Below are positions 46,387 through 56,974 of a stretch of 60,193 bases of DNA, in pieces. Every line of letters begins with the position of its first letter. Position 1 is the first letter of the stretch. Source of the stretch: Bugula neritina (lineage: Eukaryota; Animalia; Bryozoa); the NCBI GenBank assembly GCA_964035545.1, contig CAXIUT010000257.1, positions 1 to 60,193 on the forward strand, written 5' to 3'. A model generated the notes under the pieces. It was not told the origin of the DNA. It made no database searches and saw only the letters and a program-made list of their open reading frames with translations. Both the position numbers and the translations under genes were made by a program.

Positions 46387-46751
46387 TCCCGCATAAACTA
46401 ATTACCTGCGAGGGCGGGTATCAGCGGACTGCCGGAAAGTACCGCAAAGCGTGGGGCAGTTTGGTGACTGGAAAGTTGCCGTGAATTCCAAGTCCTTTGG
46501 ATGCCTGCTGGTGAAGAAAATTTTTGCAGGGCCCTCTCTCTGGGAGATGCGATTGCCCCAAGCTTTGAGGTACTCTCCATGAATGCTCAATGACGATGTC
46601 ATCTCAGACTTTACCTTACTCAGAGTGTATGTTGCGCAATTAGGGTATACCCAAAACGGCGAACCAGGCGTACACCACAAATCCTGAATAACTTGTCCAT
46701 TTTGGGTGGTTTGTGAGATACTGAACACATCTCACTACAGGCACACCCAAA

Positions 46752-47315
46752 ATGAACACATCTCCCGCCCGTATCGGCTACGCCCGCACATCAACTACAG
46801 ATCAAAACCTTGATGCACAGATCGCAGCACTAGAGGCAGCGGGCTGCACTATGATCCGCACCGAACAGAAAAGCGGAGCGCGTCTCGATGATCGCCATGA
46901 GCTGACCACCATTCTCGATTTCATCCATGAGGGTGAAACTTTAGTGATCACACGGATCGACCGGTTGGCGCGGTCACTCCGAGATTTGCAAATCATTGTG
47001 GATCGGCTGAAAGAGAAAGGCGCACATCTTGTAGCCACTGAACAGCCAGTTGATACGTCCACAGCCGCTGGTAAGGCGTTCTTCGATATGTTGGGTGTCT
47101 TTGCAGAGTTCGAAACCAACCTGCGACGTGAAAGACAAGCGGAGGGGATCAGTGCGGCAAAAGCCAAGGGCGTTTACAAAGGCCGTCCAGCAAAGATCAA
47201 CATGGAAGAAATCATGCGCCGCTTGTCAGAAGGCCACAGACCAGCTGATATCGCGCGCGATTTGGATGTGGCCAGAAGCACCGTTTACAAAGCAAAGGGG
47301 CAGATGGATGCGTGA
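46752..47315 (+). CDS. Serine recombinase (resolvase/invertase)
   Basis: IGYARTSTTDQ, RIDRLARS, C-terminal HTH IARDLDVARSTVYK. Confidence 0.95.
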   Translation: MNTSPARIGYARTSTTDQNLDAQIAALEAAGCTMIRTEQKSGARLDDRHELTTILDFIHEGETLVITRIDRLARSLRDLQIIVDRLKEKGAHLVATEQPVDTSTAAGKAFFDMLGVFAEFETNLRRERQAEGISAAKAKGVYKGRPAKINMEEIMRRLSEGHRPADIARDLDVARSTVYKAKGQMDA

Positions 47316-47508
47316 GGGTAGGGTGGTCTAAAACGGTTCAAAACCCCAAGCGTTTTGCGCCGGAGTTTTGAGCCTTGTAAACGCCAGTAAATGCACGGGG
47401 CAGGGCGGAGAGCTCAACAACGACCGTTTTAGCACTCCCCTAAAGAGTGACCCAGCCCCCTGAAATCAGGCGAGCACAGAGTTAATAATCCTCCAACTAA
47501 AATATGGC

Positions 47509-48555
47509 CTATCGATAAACAATTCTGCAGTCATAAAGTAATCCAATGATATTTCTTTTGCAAAGGCGGACTCGCTTTTTGGCCTTTCTATTGGCCTTGC
47601 GTTTGGGTTGAGGCTTGAACGCTGCTCTATTTCTAGAGTCCTGCAACCATTCATCTAACGCAGTCTGAGATTTCTTTTTCAAGGCCAAGAGTTGAGACTC
47701 ATTCAAATAACCTGTGGGCTCTGTGTTTACAGTAGCTTGCCAAGCCCGAATAGCTGAACGTGTTCCGTTGCCTATAGCACCATCTACTCCGTTTGGGTCA
47801 TGCCCGATTACTAATAGGCGAGTTTGAATGTCTCGGATGGCTTGTTTGCTCAGATTTAGCTCTTGCTCCATTCTCTCTGAACCGACGGGCATCACAGCAA
47901 TGGTCACAGTTTTGATTGAAGCTAGTTCACCATCGGTCTCGGCAGGTGAAGTCACTAAGGCCACAAGGGATAGTATTCCGGTCTCGGATGTTTTCAGTAG
48001 AAAGGACGCTCCATCACCTTTGTTCGCATAAGGAGCGCATTCTTCGAGGACAGCAACAATCTGAAGGTATTGCAGTCTTGCTCTAGAGCTAGGGCTTTCT
48101 GGCTCAATAATCTCTGGAAGGTCGAAGAGGTTCCCACCTGCATCCACAGAAAACCCGATCAACATGTTGACACTGGGCTTTTCCGCTACCGCAGTCGTCA
48201 GGCACATCTCTTTGTCATTCGGTTGAGACTGAACAGCGGCTTGATTCAGAACGATTTCGCTATCCGACGCAGCTTTCAGTCTATCCTCAAAGGCAGCGAA
48301 AACGATACCGTCATAGGATTCACCAAGCAAAATGCTCACAGCTGCGTCTGAGGCCGGAAAGTTGTCTATTATCAGCTGAACCTTGGTGATGGCTTCTTGC
48401 AGTTCGTCAATGGAAGCCCCTTCATTCTCTTGCACTGCCTTCAAATCAGCCAAAGCGGTTTCTACGCTGTCCTGGGCGGCAACAAAGCTACTCAAAGCAA
48501 CGCAGATCACACACGACCACATTAATAAGAACCTTGATCTGACCATGCGCTTCAC
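47509..48555 (-). CDS. Secreted peptidoglycan-binding domain protein
   Basis: Signal peptide; DIQTRLLVIGHDPNGVDGAIGNGTRSAIRAWQ...TGYLN. Confidence 0.85.
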   Translation of the reverse strand: MKRMVRSRFLLMWSCVICVALSSFVAAQDSVETALADLKAVQENEGASIDELQEAITKVQLIIDNFPASDAAVSILLGESYDGIVFAAFEDRLKAASDSEIVLNQAAVQSQPNDKEMCLTTAVAEKPSVNMLIGFSVDAGGNLFDLPEIIEPESPSSRARLQYLQIVAVLEECAPYANKGDGASFLLKTSETGILSLVALVTSPAETDGELASIKTVTIAVMPVGSERMEQELNLSKQAIRDIQTRLLVIGHDPNGVDGAIGNGTRSAIRAWQATVNTEPTGYLNESQLLALKKKSQTALDEWLQDSRNRAAFKPQPKRKANRKAKKRVRLCKRNIIGLLYDCRIVYR

Positions 48556-51500
48556 CGTTTCAGCTTGCAGTCGAAGACAGCAGAGCGACCATTCAAAGAT
48601 TGGAGTTTGGCGTCAAACCTCGCGGTTATCTTGCCGTCGAGTCTTTCCAAGACACTTGCGCTTAGGCGACATACTACGTTGACACTTGGCCCTGAATAAT
48701 CGCGCCCAACAGTCTGAGTGTGATGCAGAAACCTGTCCATCTCACGCATGTTGGCCAATTGCATGTCTCTGACAGGTTTAAGCACGTCGGTTGGATCATG
48801 CTCATGAGTGATAATCACTACCCCATCCTGAAAGGACATGTTTTGCGTTGCTAGCTGGAGTGTGACACCTTGCGAAAGCATCGAGATTGCCTTGGCTTTG
48901 TTGAACTGTAGAAGGTCGCCCACGTTTTCGATCACAAACTTACCAGAAAACATGTCATCCATGTGGCGCGCCCATCGCTGCTCAATCTGTTTTTGGAAGG
49001 CCGCAATCTCCGCCGCCTTTTTGCCAGCCGCTTCCCGTGCGGCCTGTTGACGTCGGGCTTCTGCTTGTCTTCTTATCTCAGCCTCTTGTTCGGCACGCAG
49101 TTGAGCTTTCCTCTGTTCCTCAGCACGCCTCTCTGCAGCTTCAGCACGATTGGCCGCTTCGACTTCTTTCGAAACAGCTCGTAAAGCGTTGTTCTGCTTC
49201 CACTTGGCAGCAATGTTCGTCCCTCCGGCTGGGTTTGCTCCATTGTATCTGTCAGCCCTCCATTCGACAGTCCAATCATATCTTTCATCACGAGGTTGAC
49301 CGACAAAGATCGATGCGCTGATGCCGCTATATGTTAGCTTTCCTCGATAGCGACATCTTTCGGCTAAGTTTCGTATAGCGGCCCTCATGATAAATGCAGT
49401 GAGGTAGGTATTTGAAAAAAGCCTAGGATCAACGTCGTTGTTAGTAATTACTGATATATCTCTTTTGAAATCCGCATCCCCACATCTAGCTACCGACAGT
49501 TTAAAGCTACTGACCGGATATCTTATCCTGAGACTGCCATTTTCTAGAACAAGTCCCCACTGCTCGCCCACACGTGAAATCCAAATTATCCTGCCATTCT
49601 CTCGCCACTTTAAAGTGCCCTCTCCGCTAATTTTGGCATTTTGGCATGTTCCATCCCAAGACACCGCATCAGGCTTCTCCCAAGGGAACGAGACTTTACA
49701 ACGGGTTCCTAAGACTGAAACAGTGTTGGTTTTGTAGAGTTCATAGTCTGCATCTGGCAGTGTTGTTCCATCTTGAGCTTTTGTGGATGGTGGGACCACC
49801 TTTTCTGAACTGGCCACTTGAAAAGCCTCAGAATGTCTTGCGGTCTCAACGATGGAGGTGAATTGCCCATCATTATTTTGCATCACGTAGGCATTTTCGT
49901 CACCACCGCCGCAAGAGAAAACGGAATGACAGGCCCAAGACTCGCCCTTGTTATAGCTTTGACAGATCTGGCCTTCCGCTGGTCTCCAAAGCCCTGTGGT
50001 TTTTTCGCCTTTTGAGTTTGTAAAAACTGCAGGCCCGACTTCCTTCGTCGTCAGGTTCCAGAGATTCAAAGACCAGTTCGCGCCGGATGCTGTAGTTCCG
50101 TTGATCGGTTTAGACACCCATGCAAGCAATGTGTCGCGAGAAACGGGAGACGTTGGGAGTGTGCAGCTTTGCCCTGCGATCTGAACAGAGCCAACAACAT
50201 CTTTCGACTGAAGCTCCGATGATGCCGTCGCTGTCCCTTTTCTATCTTTGCTGTCGATACTAGGACATTCTGCCTCCCAACTGTCTTTGTGTTCAAAGAC
50301 CTGATTTTGCACAGAGTAGTTGCAGATTCGATTCTGTTCAGCGCGTTCAGAATTGAGAATGTCTGGGTCTGAAAGAGTCATTGTCAGCGCGCCCGTGTTC
50401 TGGGAATACGAGGCTAAGACTTTAACGCCGCTTACGAGGCCCGATGATCCATCACCGTTGTCGGACCACAAGTTGCACTGCAACTTCGGCACCAAGGCTT
50501 CCCATGTCGTAATGCCGTACTCCGAGGCTGCACCGGCTCCTTGTGTAACCCAGTGTGTGCAATTCACTGACAGCTTATCTGAAATATCGACGTTGAAACC
50601 CGTAGACCTTAGTTCGCCGTCATCAGAGAGGCGCACAACTCGATCAAGACGCGGTTTGGGAAACACAAATTCAACGCTTCTGGAAGGGGCCTCGTCTACG
50701 CCACCGTTGTCAACGCGGGTAGCAAACGCAACCAAGTCGGCACATTTTATTACCGCTCCCTCTCCGCCGCCACCACGACAATATCCCTCTTCGTCCGGCC
50801 CGCCCCAAACAACAACGTCCTCCCCCTGTTTTAGCGCGCGAGTGTCATAGACTGTGCGTGTTCCGTTGTCCCAAGAAAACCAAATTACATCCGTCGCGCG
50901 CAGTGTTTTCGTGTGTATGAAAGCTGGCTGGGGGGTGGCGTCCGTAAGATCGGCAGAAAGCTCTTCAACGAAGCTTTCACCACGAGTTAACAAGCTGTCG
51001 TTAGGCCATCCTCGATCAGAAATCATATCGGGCAGAGACTCGCTTTCGAAAATAAGCGCTCCCGTGATTGCATGCCAGCCATTTTGCGTACGGAAGATGC
51101 GCGCTCCCGCTCCAGACGCGAAAGCACGTGCTTCATCTATTGTGCGACGCGACGCCAGTTGCGCCCACATATAACCATCAGGTGCGGAGTAATTTGTTGG
51201 TTCAAGTGAATTCACGTCGGAAACTAAAATAGCACTTGGCTCGCGAACAACTCCTAAGTCATCAAAAACACGCGCCGCAAAGCCAGCGTAATCTCGCAAA
51301 CCATCACGCCCAAGATTAACTGTTTTCGCCCAACGATACCAAAGGTTTTCTGGCGTTCCGTCAAATTCTGAAATTTGCTGCCCCAGGGATTCTAGTTCGG
51401 CGTTGACGTCTTTGCCTTCAATCTGTCTCGCCTTGATAAGCATAACCGCATTGACGATCAACAACCGACGCCCGGCACCAACATTTAGTCCAGAACCAGT

Positions 51501-52571
51501 CATCAAATCAGTAGCAACGGCGTCTTGAGCGATCTTGTAATCGAGCAAGTCTTGGAAATCGTATGTCGAAACTGACTCCAAGGCTGAAATTTGAAGCTTT
51601 GCAAAGTCGACGGATTGATCGACCAAGTCAGCATTCGCCTTATTGAGGCTGTCTAGCTCGTTGAGAACCTCCACACCTTTTGCAATCGGGTAAAGAAGGC
51701 CCCCCGTGCCTGCGCTCCCAGCGAGCAGCGCCGGTCCTGCTGCACAGGCACCGTCAACAGTTTCGTGCAGAAAGCTCACCAAATAGGAGTCAAATCCGCC
51801 ACCAAGCTTCGTTCGAACGAAAGGTTCGACGTACTGTTCAATAACAGCATCCAAAATATATGTTCCGACCAAGCAAACGAGGGCTGTTTTACTGACCACA
51901 TCGGCATTCGACGCTGTTTCGCGTACTTCTTTAACGGTTTGCGGCGCTAGAACCTTTTCCCATTTAGGAAGGGCGAGAATTTGACCAGCTAGAACTCTGG
52001 CTTCTTCCAAGTCCTTGGCAAAGAGTAATATATCAAGAATTTCAATGGAATGCTCAAGCTTGGTTAACGCACTGGCTTCTGCGAGCTCGTCGAGCTTGCT
52101 CGAAGCTGCCGCCAATGAAGCATCTATGGGCGGGGATTGGGGCACCTCATTAGAAGCGGGTAGATCACTCAGGACAATGGAGTGCTCAAGCTTGGTTAAC
52201 GCACTGGCTTCTGCGAGCTCGTCGAGCTTGCTCGAAGCTGCCGCCAGTGAAGCATCTATGGATGGGGATTGGGGCACCTCATTAGAAGCGGGTAGATCAC
52301 TCAGGACAATCGTCCCCGCATTGCCTTCTTTTATCGCCCGAGCAGGTTTCGAGTCCGGGTATTCAGAAGTTACCCGATCTAATAATGACCTGACCTTGGT
52401 CAATGACTGTTCTCGGTCACTTTCAGATAAATTCTTGGATGAGATGAAAATTGTGTTTGCTTCCACAAACAGCCTATTCGCTTCCGAGTTTGAACTTTGG
52501 GCGTAGGCCTCAACTGAAGTCCAACACATAGCCATAAAAGCCAGCAGAAAAGTTACTGATCTTCTATGCAT
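48552..52571 (-). CDS. Large secreted multidomain protein, 1,339 aa
   Basis: Signal peptide; GGAG RBS; internal duplication, Cys pairs, TolA-like Ala/Glu/Arg helix near the C-terminus. Confidence 0.85.
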   Translation of the reverse strand: MHRRSVTFLLAFMAMCWTSVEAYAQSSNSEANRLFVEANTIFISSKNLSESDREQSLTKVRSLLDRVTSEYPDSKPARAIKEGNAGTIVLSDLPASNEVPQSPSIDASLAAASSKLDELAEASALTKLEHSIVLSDLPASNEVPQSPPIDASLAAASSKLDELAEASALTKLEHSIEILDILLFAKDLEEARVLAGQILALPKWEKVLAPQTVKEVRETASNADVVSKTALVCLVGTYILDAVIEQYVEPFVRTKLGGGFDSYLVSFLHETVDGACAAGPALLAGSAGTGGLLYPIAKGVEVLNELDSLNKANADLVDQSVDFAKLQISALESVSTYDFQDLLDYKIAQDAVATDLMTGSGLNVGAGRRLLIVNAVMLIKARQIEGKDVNAELESLGQQISEFDGTPENLWYRWAKTVNLGRDGLRDYAGFAARVFDDLGVVREPSAILVSDVNSLEPTNYSAPDGYMWAQLASRRTIDEARAFASGAGARIFRTQNGWHAITGALIFESESLPDMISDRGWPNDSLLTRGESFVEELSADLTDATPQPAFIHTKTLRATDVIWFSWDNGTRTVYDTRALKQGEDVVVWGGPDEEGYCRGGGGEGAVIKCADLVAFATRVDNGGVDEAPSRSVEFVFPKPRLDRVVRLSDDGELRSTGFNVDISDKLSVNCTHWVTQGAGAASEYGITTWEALVPKLQCNLWSDNGDGSSGLVSGVKVLASYSQNTGALTMTLSDPDILNSERAEQNRICNYSVQNQVFEHKDSWEAECPSIDSKDRKGTATASSELQSKDVVGSVQIAGQSCTLPTSPVSRDTLLAWVSKPINGTTASGANWSLNLWNLTTKEVGPAVFTNSKGEKTTGLWRPAEGQICQSYNKGESWACHSVFSCGGGDENAYVMQNNDGQFTSIVETARHSEAFQVASSEKVVPPSTKAQDGTTLPDADYELYKTNTVSVLGTRCKVSFPWEKPDAVSWDGTCQNAKISGEGTLKWRENGRIIWISRVGEQWGLVLENGSLRIRYPVSSFKLSVARCGDADFKRDISVITNNDVDPRLFSNTYLTAFIMRAAIRNLAERCRYRGKLTYSGISASIFVGQPRDERYDWTVEWRADRYNGANPAGGTNIAAKWKQNNALRAVSKEVEAANRAEAAERRAEEQRKAQLRAEQEAEIRRQAEARRQQAAREAAGKKAAEIAAFQKQIEQRWARHMDDMFSGKFVIENVGDLLQFNKAKAISMLSQGVTLQLATQNMSFQDGVVIITHEHDPTDVLKPVRDMQLANMREMDRFLHHTQTVGRDYSGPSVNVVCRLSASVLERLDGKITARFDAKLQSLNGRSAVFDCKLKR
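52043..52310. repeat. In-frame 132-bp (44-aa) tandem duplication
   Basis: IVLSDLPASNEVPQSP[S/P]IDASLAAASSKLDELAEASALTKLEHS occurs twice. Confidence 0.95.
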
Positions 52572-53019
52572 CTATCTCCCCCAAAACATACTCCCAAATC
52601 AAAGTAATGAATCACAGCGTCTTGAGCGATGCTACAGTTGACGCTGATAAGCGCAACACAAATGGACTGTTATCTGATAACAACCTCTCAGAGTTCGTTA
52701 GTGCTCAAAGCCCATACCCCGTGGAAACGACTTCCTAGCTGTGTCCAATATTGAAGCACGATTTAATGTTATGACAGGTGCCACCGCCTTCGACACAAAA
52801 TTAGGAAAAGTCGCTAGTTGCGTCGCTTTTTTGATCGAAATTTGCGGGAAAACAATTGTGCCTACTCGTTTTGCTTTGGGTGATAAATTTGCAAAACTTC
52901 CACCGTTTGCCCCGTTAGCATATACACAATGGCCCTGTACGCACCAAACCGCTGATGTGTAATTTGGGTTTTCTGTCCAAATAACATAATTCTCATTATA
53001 CGTCATAAATGCTGACCTG

Positions 53020-53280
53020 TGCGCGCGCTACTCCGAACTGCGACTCTTGTTAGAAAACAATATGTTATCTGACGAGAGGAATCGATATGGGCGCTGTATA
53101 TACCCAACTAAGTATCACAGAACGACGTAAAATAGAACGCTGGAGGCACGCAAAAGTCCCTGTTGATGAGATGGCGCGTGTATTGAAGCGCTGTCGCTCG
53201 ACAATTTTCAGAGAGCTGGGTGCGCGCTACCCCCAACTGCGATTTTTGAGTGATAGCAGATTGTTTGCAATCTGAACGGA
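53020..53280 (+). pseudogene. IS30-family transposase 5' remnant with two IS-end-like sequences
   Basis: YTQLSITERRKIERWR...RCRSTIFREL HTH; related GCGCGCTAC.CC.AACTGCGA at 53023 and 53222. Confidence 0.7.
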
Positions 53281-53281
53281 G

Positions 53282-54346
53282 TTACTGTTTCCGCCGGTTT
53301 TTCTCTCGCAGCTTTGAGCCGCGTTCCAGTTTTACCAATCGTTGTAAATCAGCAAGTTCCGATCGTGTACTTATCAATTCATCGCTCATTTGCTTCAGTC
53401 GATGTTTGGATCCTGACTCTTGTTCATCGGCAGCATCTGGTCGCGGTAGGACAGTATCAGCACTTACGCAGCTAGAAAAAGTCAAAGACAAAAAACCAAA
53501 TCCTACAGCCGCAAAAAGAAGCGGACTAAGCTGCGCAATATAGAGCAACGAGTCAGTCAATTGTGCCTGAGGTGTGCCCAAATCACCAACAATTGCGGCC
53601 ATCACAAGCAGCAGGCCAAAAGGAATGAGGCTACGGTACCGCTGCCGCTTTTGTTCTGGTGAAGTTTTTAAGCAAACGACCCAAAGCGAGAGGCTTAGAC
53701 CGAAGGCGAGTATAAGATTTGCAATCGTACGCCGCATGGTATCGTGTAACCGAACCGCCCGCGTACACTCAATTCTGGCTCTTTGAAAAACGGATTGATG
53801 TTCCGAGTGCAGCTGTTGAACCTCGCGGGGGGCTGCCTCGCCGCCTTCTGATGCTCCAAAACTTCCAAAGCCGCCAAACGTGGGTCGAACATTACTTTCT
53901 GTCGTCGGATGACTGGTCGAATTTGCTGAATTTGTTGGCGTCACGCTCACATAGTGCGAATACGCTTCTGCGATCGGATCGAAATCGCAGGCAAGGCTGT
54001 CGATCCGCTGGATAAGCGCATTCCATGAACGATCAAGGCTCTCGCTCAGTTCTTCACTTGCATCGCTGTTAAAGTCATCTGGTCCAGGAAACGGATTGGG
54101 TTGTTGGTAAATTCGTGCAATTTTTTCAAAGGTCACCCGTGCCAACTGACCCTTACGGCCAAGTGCCTCAAGATAAGAAGCAAAGCCGAAAGACTGCTCC
54201 AAGGCACCAAAAATAGCCGGGCCAATAGTGACATCATTAACGCTATGGGACGTTCGGTGAGCGCCTGGTACGGCGGCCCCAAAATTGTAGGTGACGCCCA
54301 CAATCAAGAAAGCGAGGTAAACTATAGCAAAAATTGTCCTCCGCAT
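53282..54346 (-). CDS. Membrane protein (1+3 TM, C-terminal coiled coil); possible last gene of the envelope operon
   Basis: AAGGA RBS; 69 bp downstream of the vWA gene on the same strand. Confidence 0.75.
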   Translation of the reverse strand: MRRTIFAIVYLAFLIVGVTYNFGAAVPGAHRTSHSVNDVTIGPAIFGALEQSFGFASYLEALGRKGQLARVTFEKIARIYQQPNPFPGPDDFNSDASEELSESLDRSWNALIQRIDSLACDFDPIAEAYSHYVSVTPTNSANSTSHPTTESNVRPTFGGFGSFGASEGGEAAPREVQQLHSEHQSVFQRARIECTRAVRLHDTMRRTIANLILAFGLSLSLWVVCLKTSPEQKRQRYRSLIPFGLLLVMAAIVGDLGTPQAQLTDSLLYIAQLSPLLFAAVGFGFLSLTFSSCVSADTVLPRPDAADEQESGSKHRLKQMSDELISTRSELADLQRLVKLERGSKLREKNRRKQ

Positions 54347-54415
54347 TTTATCGTTCCTTGATACGTCTGATCGTGCGACGTCATTGGATTATTATCTTAT
54401 TAATATCTTAACGGC

Positions 54416-56974
54416 CTATCGTTCAAAGAAATCTTCGAACCCACCGGACCCTGCCTGTTCTTCAATCTGCGAGGGTAGAACGAAGAAGAAACCAGGAACG
54501 AACACAGTTTCACTACCGATAACGGGGCGGTATTTGTAGATCCGTGATGTCGCTGTTTCACCGTCCTTGAGATCAAATTCCCGACCCGTCCAGACCAGTT
54601 GGCTGGGCTTTGCATAAAGTTCTGCTCGCATCATGTTTGTAAAGTGATAGCTTGTCCAGCACACGTCGCGGCGCAGCTTGTTCGCCACCTCGGAATCAGC
54701 GCTTTCAACACGTGCTCTCAGCAGGCGCGGCTCTTGCGACAGGAAACTCTGATCGGCACCCGGCAAACTGCCCACGTCAGACAGCACCGCATAAAGATCG
54801 CTTAGATCCTGAACATCGTCACCTGAGAATGCCTGCGCCAAACGAACGATCAGCGATATGAACTTTTGCCCCTGCCCGGGTGAACCGAAAGTGGAACACA
54901 GATCCCTCAGTGCGATTTCCAGAAAATCTGCTTGCTCAGGATCAAGCGCAACGGTGTATGTCCAATTCAGGTTCTCCTCTAGACCCCGATCCCGAATGAC
55001 CAAAGGGGCAAAACCGGTGGTCGCTCTAAGTACGACCGCTTCGTCGATTTTGTCCAATCCGAATTCTTCACGCAACCGTTCAGACAGTTCGATCTGGGAG
55101 GCCGCCCGGTTGCGTAGATCATAGGCGTCGTTCTCGTTGCCCGCTGATTCAGCCCCGCCTCCTGTCGCGCGAATATCACGCACACTGCGCGTCACCGCGC
55201 CGGTTACAAAACGTAGCCCTGCGCTGACGGCCGCGGGAGTTTTTTCTTTGAAGTCAACAAGATCAATTGTGAACACATCGTCTTCGGTAGGATTGCTCAG
55301 GAACGTACGCATTGTTTCACGCGCCTGTTTTGCAAACGCCAGGCGGGCTGCGCGTGCGGCATCTGTCTCGTCACTTGTGACAATTGACAGCGGGATATAT
55401 TTTGTGCGGACGGCGTTAAGTTCGTCGCGGACTTTGTTCAGATCTAAACTGCTTCGAGAGCCATGGTCGGCAAGGTGAATGACAAAACGCGGTCCATCTT
55501 CAAACCATCCTTGATCTGTTTCAAAACGTCGGGCTTGTTGCACCACGGCTTCAAGCGCCGCTTCCTCTCGCAAACCTACCTTATCGTTAAGTCCAGCATG
55601 GCTCGAGATAACCTCGAGCGGCCCCGAAAGATCGACGCCTCGGTTAATTGACCGCGAAGGCATCAAGGTTTTGGTGTCAATTGGGTCATCCAGCCCAGTG
55701 GCAGACGCTTTTTTGAAATCGCTGTAGGCATAAACCGCCATGCGCATATCCGGCAGTCGCAGCGCTTCGTTAAGCCGGTCCTCGCGATATTTATCAATAA
55801 AATCAGAGATGCCTTGCCGTACCAGCGGCAGATAGGGCCTCATGCTTTCTGTCGTGTCAACAACCAACATAACGTTGATCCGCTGAAACTCGTTCAATCG
55901 TTTGGCCAGATCGGCCTGCGAGACAAGATCGCCAGCTGCATTCGATCCTGAGCGTCCTAAGAAAATTACCTCGTGATAGGCTGGATCCTCAGGGTCGGCG
56001 AAAATGTCGCTCAAAGGATCCACTGTGCGTACAATGGGGTAAGACAAGAGTTGCCGGTTGCCGTGGACATATTCCTCAAGTTCTTCAGCAGGCAAACCGG
56101 GACGGATGTTTGGTGCCGGTGTTCCGTCGCGCCAATTTGTAATCAAATCTCCGAGTTCTGTGAAAAGATAACCTTTGCCTGCTGCGTCATAGAACAGCCC
56201 CAAACGTGTCGGCCAAATTTCGAGTCGATTGAGCGCGATCCAGCCGAATATTCCGCTCTCTCCGTCGCCAACCAAAACGACAGGGCCGCCGGATTCATCG
56301 ATATCTATATCGTGAATTTCAAGAACAGAAAAAAACGTGCGATTAGGCAGCGCTTGCCCACCACGCGCCTCGGTCCGGAACACCACTTCGCCACGGCCCG
56401 CGGCTGCATCCGACCCCAAAAGGACCCCTTTGGCACGCAACCCCGACGGAATTCCATCACACTCTAGGTCTTTTTGGTCAGGCACAAGCGTGCTGAGTTT
56501 GGTGCAAAATGTTCCTAATGGCATCGCCCGCGCAGCCTCGCATATCGGGCGGGATTTTCGTGTAAAGGTATCCAGTTTCTCGCGGCGATGTTCATCCAAA
56601 AGCGCCTTCCGCGGGACCCAGCCGCATGATGACAGATCCTTGGTTGCCACAAAAACCCGTCGCTCACTTGAAGGACCCGTTTCGGCGTAGCAATTCACCT
56701 GCGCAAACGCGCCATTTACAGTTGCGGCCGACGTTCGACTGCCAGCCAACGGGAAAAGTGGTATGCCATCCCCGATCAGCCATTGGACACCGTTTGATTG
56801 TCCTTCTAGCGTTTTTGAAACCTCTTTACAGTCAAGGGAATCGTCGAGCTGCAAAAGTTCTTTGGATATCCCTAGATCCCTATCTTGCGCTTGACTGTAC
56901 GCAACATTCGCAAAGGCGCAGACCGTGGTTACCGCTAATGCTGACCGCATAATAATGTTTGCAAATACAGGCAT
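54416..56974 (-). CDS. Secreted vWA (MIDAS) domain protein, 852 aa
   Basis: Signal peptide; NVMLVVDTTESMRPY (DxTxS), AVYAYSD, EEAALEAV, FVIHLADHGS. Confidence 0.85.
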   Translation of the reverse strand: MPVFANIIMRSALAVTTVCAFANVAYSQAQDRDLGISKELLQLDDSLDCKEVSKTLEGQSNGVQWLIGDGIPLFPLAGSRTSAATVNGAFAQVNCYAETGPSSERRVFVATKDLSSCGWVPRKALLDEHRREKLDTFTRKSRPICEAARAMPLGTFCTKLSTLVPDQKDLECDGIPSGLRAKGVLLGSDAAAGRGEVVFRTEARGGQALPNRTFFSVLEIHDIDIDESGGPVVLVGDGESGIFGWIALNRLEIWPTRLGLFYDAAGKGYLFTELGDLITNWRDGTPAPNIRPGLPAEELEEYVHGNRQLLSYPIVRTVDPLSDIFADPEDPAYHEVIFLGRSGSNAAGDLVSQADLAKRLNEFQRINVMLVVDTTESMRPYLPLVRQGISDFIDKYREDRLNEALRLPDMRMAVYAYSDFKKASATGLDDPIDTKTLMPSRSINRGVDLSGPLEVISSHAGLNDKVGLREEAALEAVVQQARRFETDQGWFEDGPRFVIHLADHGSRSSLDLNKVRDELNAVRTKYIPLSIVTSDETDAARAARLAFAKQARETMRTFLSNPTEDDVFTIDLVDFKEKTPAAVSAGLRFVTGAVTRSVRDIRATGGGAESAGNENDAYDLRNRAASQIELSERLREEFGLDKIDEAVVLRATTGFAPLVIRDRGLEENLNWTYTVALDPEQADFLEIALRDLCSTFGSPGQGQKFISLIVRLAQAFSGDDVQDLSDLYAVLSDVGSLPGADQSFLSQEPRLLRARVESADSEVANKLRRDVCWTSYHFTNMMRAELYAKPSQLVWTGREFDLKDGETATSRIYKYRPVIGSETVFVPGFFFVLPSQIEEQAGSGGFEDFFER

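Noticed and set aside
46402-46728. 108-aa ORF upstream of the resolvase
   Set aside because: Overlaps the probable res/promoter region and has no recognisable motifs
52698-53006. 102-aa ORF
   Set aside because: Abuts the IS30 remnant; could be a truncated gene but cannot be assigned
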